From positions 1 through 37,522 of the forward strand of contig LWCA01000238.1 of NCBI GenBank assembly GCA_001642005.1: a DNA stretch of 37,522 nucleotides. The letters run 5' to 3'. The DNA is from Intoshia linei (lineage: Eukaryota; Animalia; Orthonectida). Position 1 is the first letter of the stretch. Every line of letters begins with the position of its first letter. Both the position numbers and the translations under genes were made by a program. Of this stretch, positions 24,201 to 35,924 are shown piece after piece. The notes under the pieces are model-generated. The model was not told where the DNA came from, ran no database searches, and saw only the letters and a program-made list of their open reading frames with translations.

Positions 24201-25609
24201 CGAGGCAATTGGTCGACAATTGGAGCTACCGCAGATACAATCCATTTGTTTGAATTTCCACAATCAAAGTATGGCGACGTGAATAAAACTGGCAAATTCT
24301 TCATATCCATCTGACCGGGCGAAGGCGGTCCGAAAAATACTTTGCCTTCATACTGGTTTAATTTGAAATGACCAGTAGAATTTACTTCTTTTATTCCAAC
24401 ATCATATGAATGCTTCCGGACCGAGTCGGTTGAAGCCAGATCAGGCATCCATTTAAAATACCATTCGTTTAATTTATACTCTTTTCTATCATAAAATCTG
24501 TATCGACCTGAACCAAAGTCATCAACATTGATTGTATTATTTGTAGGTTCACGTAAATAATTGGTTGGGAAATCATAATCATCAATTCGCCAAGATCTTG
24601 GTGCAAAATATGGCATAGTTTTGTTGAATCGCAGACTTTTCCACCAATTTGCATAATGTGTGTTTTTATCAAAGTATACAGCCGATCCGTTTATACTTGC
24701 CAAATTTGCTGACACGTCTGCAGCTGTGGAAAGGTAATAATACATTAGACCAGGTTGTCGATGCACGTCTTCGGTTCGGTTCAATTTTTGTAGAATGTAA
24801 CTATAATAAAAGGCTCTGTTCAACGCCATGTTGTGTAAATGTAACAACTGTGTTCGGTTTGAGTATATTATTGAACTCAATAATCGATTGAATCGAGGTA
24901 TCTAAAATTATACGCATTATTAAAAGTATACGAACCAACTCTTTTCTATTTTTTGTAGTATACAATATACCAGTGGTCCTTAACGTTTTTTAGGTCACGT
25001 CAAATAACTTTCAAATGCATTATTTTATGCATGAGTCAAACTCTATTCAAAATTTTAAGAAATTGGTAATTATACAATGATTTTAGGGATCTATATATCT
25101 CAAAAACAAAATCTAGCCACGTCAACACTTTTCTTTTAGTTTTCCGGGATTTTTTCTAATTTTTGGAAATAATATGGACCAAGCAAAACTAGTCAGTACT
25201 AACAACTAAAATGTACAATCTTGAAATAAATGACTGAGATAACCAAAATGTTCAATTATTAAATTGAAAATTGTGATATATATAAAGGGTCACGGGAATG
25301 ACGAAAAATTTTAAATTAAGTACATATTGAATGTATTTACGAATTATTATTTTTTACCGGTCCATAGGAGTTAAAAGTATTAGTTGTAGTTATGTATATT
25401 ACCTGAGCTAATGTTTCATAAGGTAATCTTAAATCAGACATGCTTCTATATTTACAATTTCTTGCATTGACACTTTCCATTTTCATGTTTATTTTATCAA
25501 AATTGTCCCATTTTTTCCAATTATAGTGGGCAATATTTACATTGATAAGGAAATACAAGATTAGGATCGAATACAGCATTTGAGAACTTTGAATATATAA
25601 TATTTTCAT
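21207..25609 (-). CDS. Secreted, probably GPI-anchored protein with two GPR158/179-like Cache + EGF-like modules (6 exons)
   Basis: Exons: 25609-25403, 24901-23292, 22354-21893, 21848-21731, 21688-21531, 21297-21207, all phase-consistent. Signal peptide MLYSILILYFLINVNIA. Module 1: FAPRSWR, EWY, FTSPYFDCGNSNKWIVSAVAPI, DLNPC, CEPLHGYGYNRDGYQCVCKPG. Module 2: FAPYAYR, LWF, GHWGAPFFDC..WVVTYSVPFF, DINQC, CVPISG..LGSYKCECLQAF. Ends RYNNLVCR..SLIVMLLCIFL*. The start may be the second Met (about 25579). Confidence 0.85.
24972..25320. mobile_element. hAT MITE remnant in intron 1 of the Cache-EGF gene
   Basis: Starts cagtggtccttaac. Subterminal ggtcacg motifs at about 24993 and about 25288. The right TIR is degraded. 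Confidence 0.4.
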
Positions 25610-26382
25610 ACTTGAATGATTTAGAAGTGACTTGGAAACTACATAGATGTAGTGTTGATAATGGTTAATGATAATGAAGTAAGTAGTGTTCTCCCAAACA
25701 ACTAACAGTTAGAAGTAATTAGTTAGAAATTCTAACTTAGAGTAATAGTTTTTTTATTACTATTAAGAGTCTTACTAGTGGCATATAGATCGAGACATGT
25801 CTCCAATGGCTCGAACTTGATAAATTAAATTTGACACAATAAAACAGTTATAATATTGAAAAATATATATTTTTTTACAGCTAAATACTGAATTTAGGAT
25901 AATGATACTCAATTTTACAAAAATTTTGTCGAGGTGCAAGGAAGGCTCGGTATGGTAATTCGGCTCTATGGAAGCTGTTACCTTACTTTTTATCTGAGTG
26001 CTTTTCTTATAAATTTTATCAAGTCTACTTGGAATTAAGTTTCTGATCAGCATTAGTAAGATGATGATGTAAATTTCAATGAGCTCATGTTAAGCTCATA
26101 CTACACAAAATAATCATATTGAAATTAATAAAAATTTTTCTGGTCACTTTATAATTGCTATTTTTTCATAGTATTTTGTTTTACTGTTGGCATAGTTTAT
26201 GTAAATTATATTATAATTGAGACAATTAATAATTAAAAACAATGAGAAAATAAAAATACATTCCATTAAAAACATGAATGTATCAATCATTGTAATCAAC
26301 TCTTCTAAATTCACAAAATTGTTGACTTAAAACTTTCACATTTCATAATATAGATTTTGAATTTAAATTTGACCATTTTATA

Positions 26383-28487
26383 ATGTTGTGTTTTTTATTA
26401 ATTTTAATCCTTGTAGATTGTAATGCAAAATCACCTATTATATTCAGTAATAATTACATAATATATTCAAATATATAATGTTAATAATACATGATATTAT
26501 TTTTACGTTATTTATCTAGTTCCAGGGTTTATGGGATCAAGTTTAGAAGTCAAACTTTCAAATTACACCTCAAACAATCCTGTTTGCAATCAGCATAAAA
26601 ATGGATGGTCCCATTTATGGATTAATATTGCCCAATTATTTAATTTCAACTGTGTATCTGAACAAATGAGGTATTTCACTTTTAAAGTTTATTCATTTAT
26701 ATACATCTAGTTTGTACTACGATTATACCAAAATATTGACAGCCAATAACAGACGAGGTGTTGAAATTCGTGTGACAGGAAATTCTTTCGGAAGAATTGA
26801 CGCTATTAAAAATTTATCCAGTTTTGATGATCCTAGACGTAGATATTATTTCTAAATTTAATTATCTTCTGATGTTAGTTTTTGTCAATGTGATGAATTA
26901 TGTTTATACCAAGAATTATACTGTACAATATGTATATAATAGATTAGTGGTGGCCACATTCCACAAAATTTTGAATGAAGCGGGCCACAATGTGTATAAA
27001 ATTAATTAGATTGACATATTTGATAGCTAAACAAAAAATATAGGCGTTTTTTCAATTTCCGGTGAAATTTAGAGTTTATATTGTTAGTATCACGCACGTA
27101 TAGCAATGCCATAAAATTGTTGTTATATTATGTTATCGACCAAAAATTTTTTTTTTTATATCATTGTCTTCAGTTTAATCTAATTAGAAATATACAATTA
27201 TTTTATTTAGAGATGGTAAAAGTAGGAAAATTTTATCTAATGCGCAATATTAAACATTTATTGCATTTTGTTAGATAACCATCGCGGGCCACTTTTAATT
27301 GATCGCTGCCCACAATTTAGCCTCTTCTGTAATAGATATTATATATACAATTTACCTGTATATAATTCTTCACATTGATAGATACATCAAATTTACGCTC
27401 ACATTAACAATTTAGTCAAAATATACAACAAATTTCTGTCATATTTCATGGATACTGGTTATAAAAATGGAGTGAATTTAAATGGAGCACCATATGATTT
27501 TAGATACATTCCAAGTAAGCATAAAACAGTCATCTATTGATTTCATTATTTAAACCGGGTAACTTTATTCTTAAATATAGACAAAAACTTTTATCGAAAA
27601 ATGAAACTATTAATTGAAAAGACATACACTAAGAACAATAATTCTAAAGTCGTATTAATTGGACATTCACTTGGAGGGTTGCTTTTCACACATTTTATCA
27701 ATGATCAAAATTATAAATGGAACGACAAATACATTAAACTTTTCATTCCAATTAGTACTCCCTGGTTAGGCACAACCACAGCACTGAAAATACTAATAGA
27801 AGGTAATGCTAATTATCGCAGTGTTGAATTGTTTATTTACATGCAAATATAGGAGAAAATTATGGCATGTGGTGGACATCACTTAAAGACTGGACAAAGT
27901 TGTTACGCTCATATCAAACAGGTTTATTATTGATGCCATCTGTAAAAAAATGGAATAAAAACCAAACATTGATTTATACTAAAAATGAAAATTTGACCAT
28001 ATCAAATATGCACAAAATATTTGAACGTTTAAATTTTAAATTTGGATATTCACGATGGCTTAAAATTCATGATTTTTTGGATAACTTACAAATGCCGCAG
28101 GTTAATACATTGTGCATTCATGGTTATGGTATTGACACTATTGGTCAATTAGACTATACCAATACCACACTATTTGGAACATCTAGAAAAATTTACCATT
28201 CTTCAGATGGAACCGTAGATAGAATTTCATTAAATTTTTGCAAAGGATGGCAACATGACAAGTACTACATGATTTACAAAATTTTTAATAATTCACACAA
28301 TGGTATTCTCAATAATTATAAATTGTATCGATTGATTCAAAGCTATTTACAGAAAAGTATACCTCATAAAATGAAAAAATTTGATATGGTTCAACGTGAT
28401 GTTACATGTGGATGTATATTGACCCAGAGTTGGATTCATTGTATATATTTTTTTACTCTCTTACAAGTAGTGTTATTTTGTACATAG
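26383..28487 (+). CDS. PLA2G15: LCAT / group XV phospholipase A2 (PLA2G15)-family acyltransferase (6 exons)
   Basis: Signal peptide MLCFLLILILVDCNA. Family motifs PIIFIPGFMGSSL, lid C...W..LW....C, GY..GVNLNGAPYDFR and ISTPWLG. Catalytic residues: nucleophile VVLIGHSLGG, Asp in SDGTV, His in SHNGIL. Exons at about 26383-26446, 26520-26670, 26711-26838, 27416-27514, 27581-27802, 27853-28487. Confidence 0.88.
26945..27330. mobile_element. hAT (Charlie-like) MITE remnant in a PLA2G15 intron
   Basis: Subterminal gcgggccac motifs at about 26980 and about 27285, with degraded agtggtggcca / gcctcttctg ends. Confidence 0.4.
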
Positions 28488-28649
28488 TTTTTATATTAAA
28501 AATATTATTTTACAATGAAATGTATATGGGAAATTGTTGTTTGCCCCTTTCCTTCCCAGACATGACCGTGAATAGACCAATCTAGGAGGGCCTACAATTC
28601 TAAAATTTTAATAGACCATGTTGGAAAAAAATTTGGTATGGATGATAAA

Positions 28650-29402
28650 TTTAACAATACTTTAAAAGTAATTATAGCAATGATAAAAATTTTTAAGGAA
28701 TGAATTATAGATTTTCACCCATATTTCTTTATTGGAAATGTGTAGACGTTAATGCACAATTTTTTTTGAAATTGTATCATTAATATTTTTATTTTAATTG
28801 AAATATTGGTTGATAATATATTAAAAATTATCTTTCACCGGGAGTGCGTAGATTTCTGGGATTGAAATTTTGAACTTATATCAATTGGAATAAGCTCTAT
28901 CAGAATAATCTTCTTTTTTTTAATTTTCGGACTGTTATTTCACAGTTTTTGTTTTAATAAAATATTTCGAAATTAAAATATATGAATACTAAAATGCTTT
29001 TTTGACCGTGAAAGCGTCATTTATTCAGATTGTAATATTTTGTGTGTTAACAGGATACAACTGTACAATATGTAAATTTTTTAAATTGTAGAGCTGTTTT
29101 CATTAAAAAAAACGGTCATTTAGGATTTTGGCCCTGAAGATAAATTTTTTTAATTTATATTTTTAAAATCCATATCAAAGTATATATTTTTTTAAATTCT
29201 CGAACTCGTTTGATTTTAAAAAACGGACAATTCGACTTTTTGGCAAGTATGATGTGATTTTGGGAAATTGAAATTTATTTTGGTAAGACCCCCGGAAAAA
29301 CTATAATTGAAATATGAACTTTATAAACTGTAAGACTGGTAGTTATTGAAATAAACGGTAACATAGAAACAAATATTGCATAGGATTATATATAGGTAAG
29401 GA
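28650..29402 (-). mobile_element. Non-autonomous Helitron family copy (3' end degraded)
   Basis: Colinear with 16900-17640, for example ggaataagctctatcagaataatc and aaatgcttttttgaccgtgaa. 5' end TCCTTACCTATATATAA. Confidence 0.8.
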
Positions 29403-29964
29403 CATATTTTTGTAGGGAATTACGTATAACTTTTGTGTCCCTTATGGTAGTTTCGATTTTATTATGTCTACAATGTAGACTAATAAATGTATAATCTTAT
29501 CTATAAAATAAATGAAACATGCGGCAGTGTAGTTTTATGAATGACGTATTCTATTAGATGTATCAGATTTAATAGTAAACAATCAAAAAATGAAACTAAA
29601 ATAACTAAATAACAAGTGTAACAATAATCAGATAAAAAACGAATAATTAGAGAATTTTCAGACATAATCGAGGAAAACATTTCGAAACCAGATAAAATAT
29701 AAACAATAAATTTAAAAATTTAATAATACAAAAATATATAATTAACGATAAACAAAAATGAATATATAATAATTATAAAATAGTAAAAATCATCTTGAAT
29801 TAAATAATATATAAACAAAATTGATTTAAAAATGATTGATTAATTTGTCATTAAAAGTGTGGATATACAAAACATTCAATTTTGGAATAAAATTAGTTGA
29901 AAAATATAAAAGTAAATAATTTTCTTTAGATATAATTTGTTTTTCAATTAGATTGTAGAAATAA

Positions 29965-32478
29965 TTATAAAGAAAAAAAATTGGATTGATTGCAAGGTCC
30001 ATCAAGGTAATTATTATTAAAATTATCCGAATGCGTACGTACGGGCGTAGCACTACAGATACTTGTCCCAAGACTCCTGGGAAATTTGGGATAATAGCCA
30101 AATTTTTGTTGTTGAGTGTAATTATAAACATACAGTCTGTAATCCTTACTAGCCAAAACAACACATCCATCTTCCATTAAAGCGACATCGAAACATTGAG
30201 CATGTTTGACTTTGCTTTCAAATGCAGTTATCAAAGTACCGTTTTGTTGAAACGTGGTAATGTTGAAATTATTGTGATTGTCTGCGACTATAATATCGCC
30301 TTGAAAATTGATTCCAACACCAATCGGATAGTTTGTTAAACCTTTCCCACCAATTTGCCTTAGATAAGCGCCATAATAATTAAAAACTTTTACACAGTGA
30401 GCTCTATTATCGGAAATAAAAATTTCTTCCTTGTCATTAACTACAACACCGTTAGGGAATTCGAGATGACTACTGCAATTGAATTTGTATATAATTGAAC
30501 CAAATTGGTCAAATATGATCACTCGCATAACTTTACATTCTACAATAATGATTCTGCCTTTATTGTCAACAGTTACACCACGAGGGTGTTGTAACACATT
30601 AGCTCCAAATTTACGAATAAACTGTCCATATTGACTGTAAATTTGAATTTGGTGGGTTGGAGATCGTTCCGTGACAACAATGTCTCCAGTAGCCATAATG
30701 ACTGAAACTCTATTAGGATACAATAACTGGCCGTCTCGTTTACCGCACTCGCCGAATTGAAACTTGAATCTTCCTTCCCTATCGAAAATTTGAATTCTAT
30801 GGTTGTTTGTATCGGCTACAATAATATCATTATTAGCATTTACGGCAACACCACTAGGTTCGGTAAAATGTCCTTCAACAACTCCAAATTCACCAAACTT
30901 GCAATGATAAATCATTTTCTGTCTTTTTATTTGAGATTTAAGTGGGTAAATTACATTTCCATTGCCATCACCTTCAATTTGTCGTAAATCAGTATAAGAA
31001 TCATTTAAATTTAGACTTGGCATCATATCTGATAAATCTTTCGTATTATTCAACGCTATAAAATCGTCTTGATTGTCAAACTCATGAGTATTTGTATTCT
31101 TGAAATTATTTGATACATTAAACGGCGATTTGAATGAATTTGAACTATTTTTATTTGATAAATTTTCATAAGATTTCACTGGACGGGTTATTTTATGATT
31201 GGTCAAGTTAACTTTCAATTGAGTAAATGGTTTCAACAAGGGTTCAATCATTCCATCATTTTTAAAATTTGATTGATTGCTCATAACCGAATCGATATCG
31301 CCATAAATAGCATCAATCGATTTACTGGTAAAGTTTAATAAATTTTGTAAATCATTTGGATATACATATTGTAACCTTTTCAAATAATTGCAGGCGATTT
31401 GAAGTCGATTCATTAATGCGTACATGGAATTGAAACTGTTTTTGTTTCTATCAATTTTATTGTTTGTGAAATTAATAAGTTGCTGATAAATTTGGTTTTT
31501 GCTGGAATTAAGCAACTGTGTAATTGTATTAAATGTGGTATCTACATGTGAACGCATTTTAGAAACATAATCCATAGAATTTTCGTCAGAAACGTTTTGT
31601 AAATGTATATTATTCTTAATATTACAAAACTTTTCATTAGACGTGGCAATAAGAAAATTTAACTTGTCTCGCATTTCATTAAAATAATTTTGAATTGGTA
31701 CAATAACATGTCCATTATGGAAATTTAAAGAATATTGAGTTGGGCAATCCAAAGAATAACAACCTACACATAAATAAAAATTACAATCCAAGCAAAAACT
31801 TTCAGCTAAGATGGATGGATGATTACGGCACAATTTTCGAAATTGCTTAAAATCATTATATTGAATCGAATCCGTATACTTGACATTAATGGTTGGATCA
31901 AATGAATTAATTTTGGTAATGCGATGATTTTTATGATAACCATAATGTTTAACAAGACAAGATTCACAAAAAAAACTACAACAATCAAAGCACCGAATTG
32001 TTGACTTGTTTTTTTCTATACAACAGTATGTACACTTTAATTGTCCACCAGTAGAAATGTAGTGTTCCATTAAATTTAAAATTGTTTGGTCTGTAGGTAA
32101 ATTTTGACATTTCAAGTTTTTTGCAGTATTGGGAACATTACAAACTGGACAATATAATTTAGAATCAATTAAAACAATTTTTTCTATACAGGCCTTGCAA
32201 AATGTATGCAAACAACTAAGCAGTTTAGGAACCACCAAAATGTTATGACAGAAAAGGCATTTAAAATCATTTGGAGTAATTTTAAAATCTTCATTATTTA
32301 CATTTAAATCTGTAATCTCACTCTTGGAACTATCGTTCCTAAAATTAAATATTTGATCATCAAATGACGATTCAGAGGATTGGCTGTCCACAATTGAATC
32401 AATAGACTTGGCTTCGATTCGACGTAGAGGAGGTATACTTCTCTTTGATATCGACGAAAGTGCTCTCGAAATACTCAT
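29965..32478 (-). CDS. brat: Brain tumor (Brat)/NCL-1 orthologue: RING, B-boxes, coiled coil, NHL repeats
   Basis: 837-aa ORF. The NHL region QKMIYHCKFGEFGVVEGHFTEPSGVAVNANNDIIVADTNNHRIQIFDREGRFKFQFGECGKRDGQLLYPNRV...ESKVKHAQCFDVALMEDGCVVLASKDYRLYVY is nearly identical to Drosophila Brat as I recall it. C3HC4 RING CLFC..CLHTFCKAC..CPVC plus two B-box-like Cys/His clusters. Confidence 0.95.
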   Translation of the reverse strand: MSISRALSSISKRSIPPLRRIEAKSIDSIVDSQSSESSFDDQIFNFRNDSSKSEITDLNVNNEDFKITPNDFKCLFCHNILVVPKLLSCLHTFCKACIEKIVLIDSKLYCPVCNVPNTAKNLKCQNLPTDQTILNLMEHYISTGGQLKCTYCCIEKNKSTIRCFDCCSFFCESCLVKHYGYHKNHRITKINSFDPTINVKYTDSIQYNDFKQFRKLCRNHPSILAESFCLDCNFYLCVGCYSLDCPTQYSLNFHNGHVIVPIQNYFNEMRDKLNFLIATSNEKFCNIKNNIHLQNVSDENSMDYVSKMRSHVDTTFNTITQLLNSSKNQIYQQLINFTNNKIDRNKNSFNSMYALMNRLQIACNYLKRLQYVYPNDLQNLLNFTSKSIDAIYGDIDSVMSNQSNFKNDGMIEPLLKPFTQLKVNLTNHKITRPVKSYENLSNKNSSNSFKSPFNVSNNFKNTNTHEFDNQDDFIALNNTKDLSDMMPSLNLNDSYTDLRQIEGDGNGNVIYPLKSQIKRQKMIYHCKFGEFGVVEGHFTEPSGVAVNANNDIIVADTNNHRIQIFDREGRFKFQFGECGKRDGQLLYPNRVSVIMATGDIVVTERSPTHQIQIYSQYGQFIRKFGANVLQHPRGVTVDNKGRIIIVECKVMRVIIFDQFGSIIYKFNCSSHLEFPNGVVVNDKEEIFISDNRAHCVKVFNYYGAYLRQIGGKGLTNYPIGVGINFQGDIIVADNHNNFNITTFQQNGTLITAFESKVKHAQCFDVALMEDGCVVLASKDYRLYVYNYTQQQKFGYYPKFPRSLGTSICSATPVRTHSDNFNNNYLDGPCNQSNFFSL

Positions 32479-33220
32479 ATTCTTTTTCTACAAATTTGTT
32501 ATTTTTAATTTTTTATAAATGACATACCTTAAACAGTAATGTAGTATAAATGCAACTAATAATAATAATTATCACAATTTAAATAAATAATACCTTTCGT
32601 ATTTAAATTTAAAAGGAAACAACAAAAATAACAAGTTTAATTTGTTAGTTAAAACAATGTAACAAATTCTTGAATGAGCGATAAATAAAACGCATGCGTG
32701 AAGTACACAAGTACAAAATGCGACGTGTAAAATAAATAGTACAGTCACTATAATTTGTCAGCGTGGATTTGACTAAGGCTTTGTTAAATTACATTTTTTA
32801 TATAACATGGATAATAAAAATAACTGATAGAGTGCAATATCAAAGTACATCTGATAAATGCACTTGATTATACAAAATTTTACTAGGTAATAAATGGTAC
32901 AAAGAATGCAGTTGCACCAATGGAAATGGAGCTGCCAATTTAATCGCATTTATTTTTATGACGCAATTTACATATTTCAGTGCAATACAGTTTCAATTTT
33001 ACAGACAATCGACACTATTTAAAACTCGTCTGGATAATTTAACTTGTTTAGTACGACTGCTTTAAACTATTGACTTTAGAGTTTATACTTTACATTAGTT
33101 TTGTATGATGTCGCATTTATCAAATTTTTCATTTACTCTATTTTTATTGAAATTTGCATTTACAATTTGAAAAATGTGAATTTATTTATTTTATTTTTCT
33201 TGTACATTTAACATGTGTAT

Positions 33221-33420
33221 TAGGGTGTCACATTTAAAATTTTTTTGAGCAATTCAAAAACATACCAGGTAGATTAGATGTAATTTAATAAAAAAATTGA
33301 TGTCACTTGACATTGTTTTATTTCATTTTTTATCGTCTGGGATTGTGTTATTAGAATCTATAATCGAGTAGACTAAATTTGTCTGGAAATTTTTATTTAA
33401 ATTTCAATATTTGAGATACA
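33221..33420. mobile_element. TAGGGTGTCACATTT terminus (hATm-like TIR) remnant
   Basis: tagggtgtcacattt at about 33221 is the reverse complement of aaatgtgacacccta at about 2222-2236. The extent of the element is uncertain. Confidence 0.4.
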
Positions 33421-34508
33421 TTTGCAATTAAACTTAAACAATGAATCAATTTTGGTTTTTTAAAGAATTTAATGTTTAAACTAAAGTTAGAGACATTTGC
33501 CGAGGGCGTTATAATGGTAATATTGAAAATGCATAAAATTTATTTGGACAATTAAATGAAACAAATATTCCAAATTTAACGTCCATATTTAAATACAATG
33601 GAAGTTGTCAATTTGCTTATTTATTGCGTATCAAATTGTACTAATAGATTTACTGAACTGTCCATAAGCGATATATATCGAGTACTTTTAATTTTGCGTG
33701 CTTTTTCTGACAAATAGATTTTTTGGTATGTCACCATTTTCTATATTTCAGTTTATTGATAAAACAGTAAAAATAATCATCATTGATCAAGGATAATATT
33801 TATTTCAAAATTTGAATATATTTCATGTAAATAAGGTTCAAAATATCTGTTGAATGTATAAAGTAAACAAATTAATTAATATCACTTGTTTATCGAAATA
33901 TGGTTTTAGAATTTATTCATATTCATAATGTTTTATTAGAGCCAGAAAAAATATAACGCTGATGAGATTTATGGTTATTATTAAAGTTTTACTAATGTTG
34001 TTATTTAGATTAATTTTTTTTAAATTTTAATATTATCTAAACAGGAATACTCCCTTGAATACCGTGTACGAAAGGTATTCCAAGTTAGAAATTCTCACCG
34101 TACTAAAACAAGTTTACCGGTAGTTTTGATACAAAATTTTATCTATATTTTATTTGAATCTCACGTACCCTCAGGCATATACTTTTAGACCCCAATCGGG
34201 AACCACTGCTTTAATGTATCATTATTTATAATACATTCTGTTGACGAGAAGGTTATTCCAAAAAAAATTCCACGTTAACGAAATGAGATTTTTTTTCATA
34301 ACCAATTACACCGTTAACGTTAGCCTGTACCTGTATTGTATTTTTTGTGATTTGTGATTGTGATTGTATTGAATGTGATGATATATTCAGTATCTGCTTT
34401 CGATAAATAAAAAATATCAATTTTCTATCAATCATTATCTGAATCAACACTTTACAGGGTAGTGCACTGATATAAACACCATTGTGCATTCATATACGGA
34501 CCATTTTA

Positions 34509-35300
34509 TCCTTCTTTACTTATATAATGTGTTACGCAATATTTGTTTGTGTGTGTGTTCCACTTTATTGAAATAACTACCAGTCTTAGAATTTTATAAA
34601 GTTCACATTTCAAATACAGTTTTTCCGGGACGTATAATAAGATAAATTTCAACCTCCCAAATTCATATTTTACGGGTCAAAAACCCCAATTGTCCTTTTT
34701 TTTAAAAATTATATAAGTTGGAAAATTTAAAAAAATATATACGCTGATACGGATTTTAAAATCATAAACAGCATCATAAATTTAAATTAAAAAAAATTAT
34801 ATTTTCAGGGACAAAACCACAAATGACACTTTTTTTATGAAAACAGCTTTAAAATTTAAAAATATGTACAGGTGGTACAGTTGTATCCTGTTAACACACA
34901 CAAAAAATTTCCATCAGAATAAGTGACGACTTCACTGTCAAAAAAGCATTTTAGTATTCATATATTTTTTTCCGAAATATTTTATTGAAACAAAAAATGT
35001 GAAATAATTAATGGTCTAAAAATTAAAAAAAAATTATTCTGATAGAGCTTATTCCAGTTGCTATAAATACAATTTTTCAACCTCTGAAATCTACGCATTC
35101 CCAGTGAAAAATAATTTTTAATATACTATCAACCAATATTTTTCAAATATTTTGATTAAAATAAAAATTGAAAATGTAAATTGATCCTACAATTTTAAAA
35201 ATAATGTGCCAATTTGTAGTCTTTAATTTCCAATAAAGACATGGGTCAAAATCTATATAATTCATTCCTTTTAAAATTTTTTTTATTGCTACGCAATTTT
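34509..35300 (+). mobile_element. Non-autonomous Helitron family copy (3' end not found)
   Basis: Begins a|TCC..ttacttatatataatgtg with tgtttgtgtgtg. Colinear with 4074-4630 and 7083-7720. Confidence 0.8.
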
Positions 35301-35924
35301 TAAATTTCAAATTTTCATTTTCAAAACATTTTAAATAAAATTTAAATAAAAACTACAACAACGAAACTAAAAGTAACACAACTTTGTTATTATCATTTTT
35401 ATAATTATTACAATCCTTTGCAATATTTTTTAAATAATGGGTAATCTGGGTTTTTCACTGTTAAATTACTTTTTTTGAGGTTACCATTTATGATAATGAT
35501 TATGAAGTTAAAAACCATCACAGAATTTATGTTGAATAAAATTGTAGGACTCTTAATTTTTACAAAAAATGGTAATTTGTGGTTTTGGAAGTGAAGATAT
35601 AAGATTTTGAAATTATAAATTATCATAATATTGATTAATTTAAAACTTTTTATTAGAATGTGTATTTGTTATAATTCTAAAACGGTTAGTTTGAATAGTT
35701 TAAATAGTTTGAATTCAAAAAAAACTACAATTGATGTTTTTGGACCTTGAAGGACTCAATTTCTGAAAATGAAATTTGCGCTATGACATCACTCTTGAAA
35801 AACTAATAGAAATATGGAATTTTAAATCTGGAACCCTCTTACTTTTTTAAATAAATGGAATTAAACAAATAAACATATATACATTTTTATACATGTATAA
35901 GGAAGGATAGAAATACTATAAATA

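Noticed and set aside
23780-24891. ORFs 23780-24100 (+), 24469-24672 (-) and 24649-24891 (+)
   Set aside because: Antisense or alternative-frame shadows of the large Cache-EGF exon, with no motifs.
25775-26053. 92-aa ORF in the divergent spacer
   Set aside because: No recognisable domain or splice support.
29826-31988. ORFs 29826-30170, 29986-30180, 30757-30987 and 31806-31988
   Set aside because: Shadows overlapping the brat CDS.
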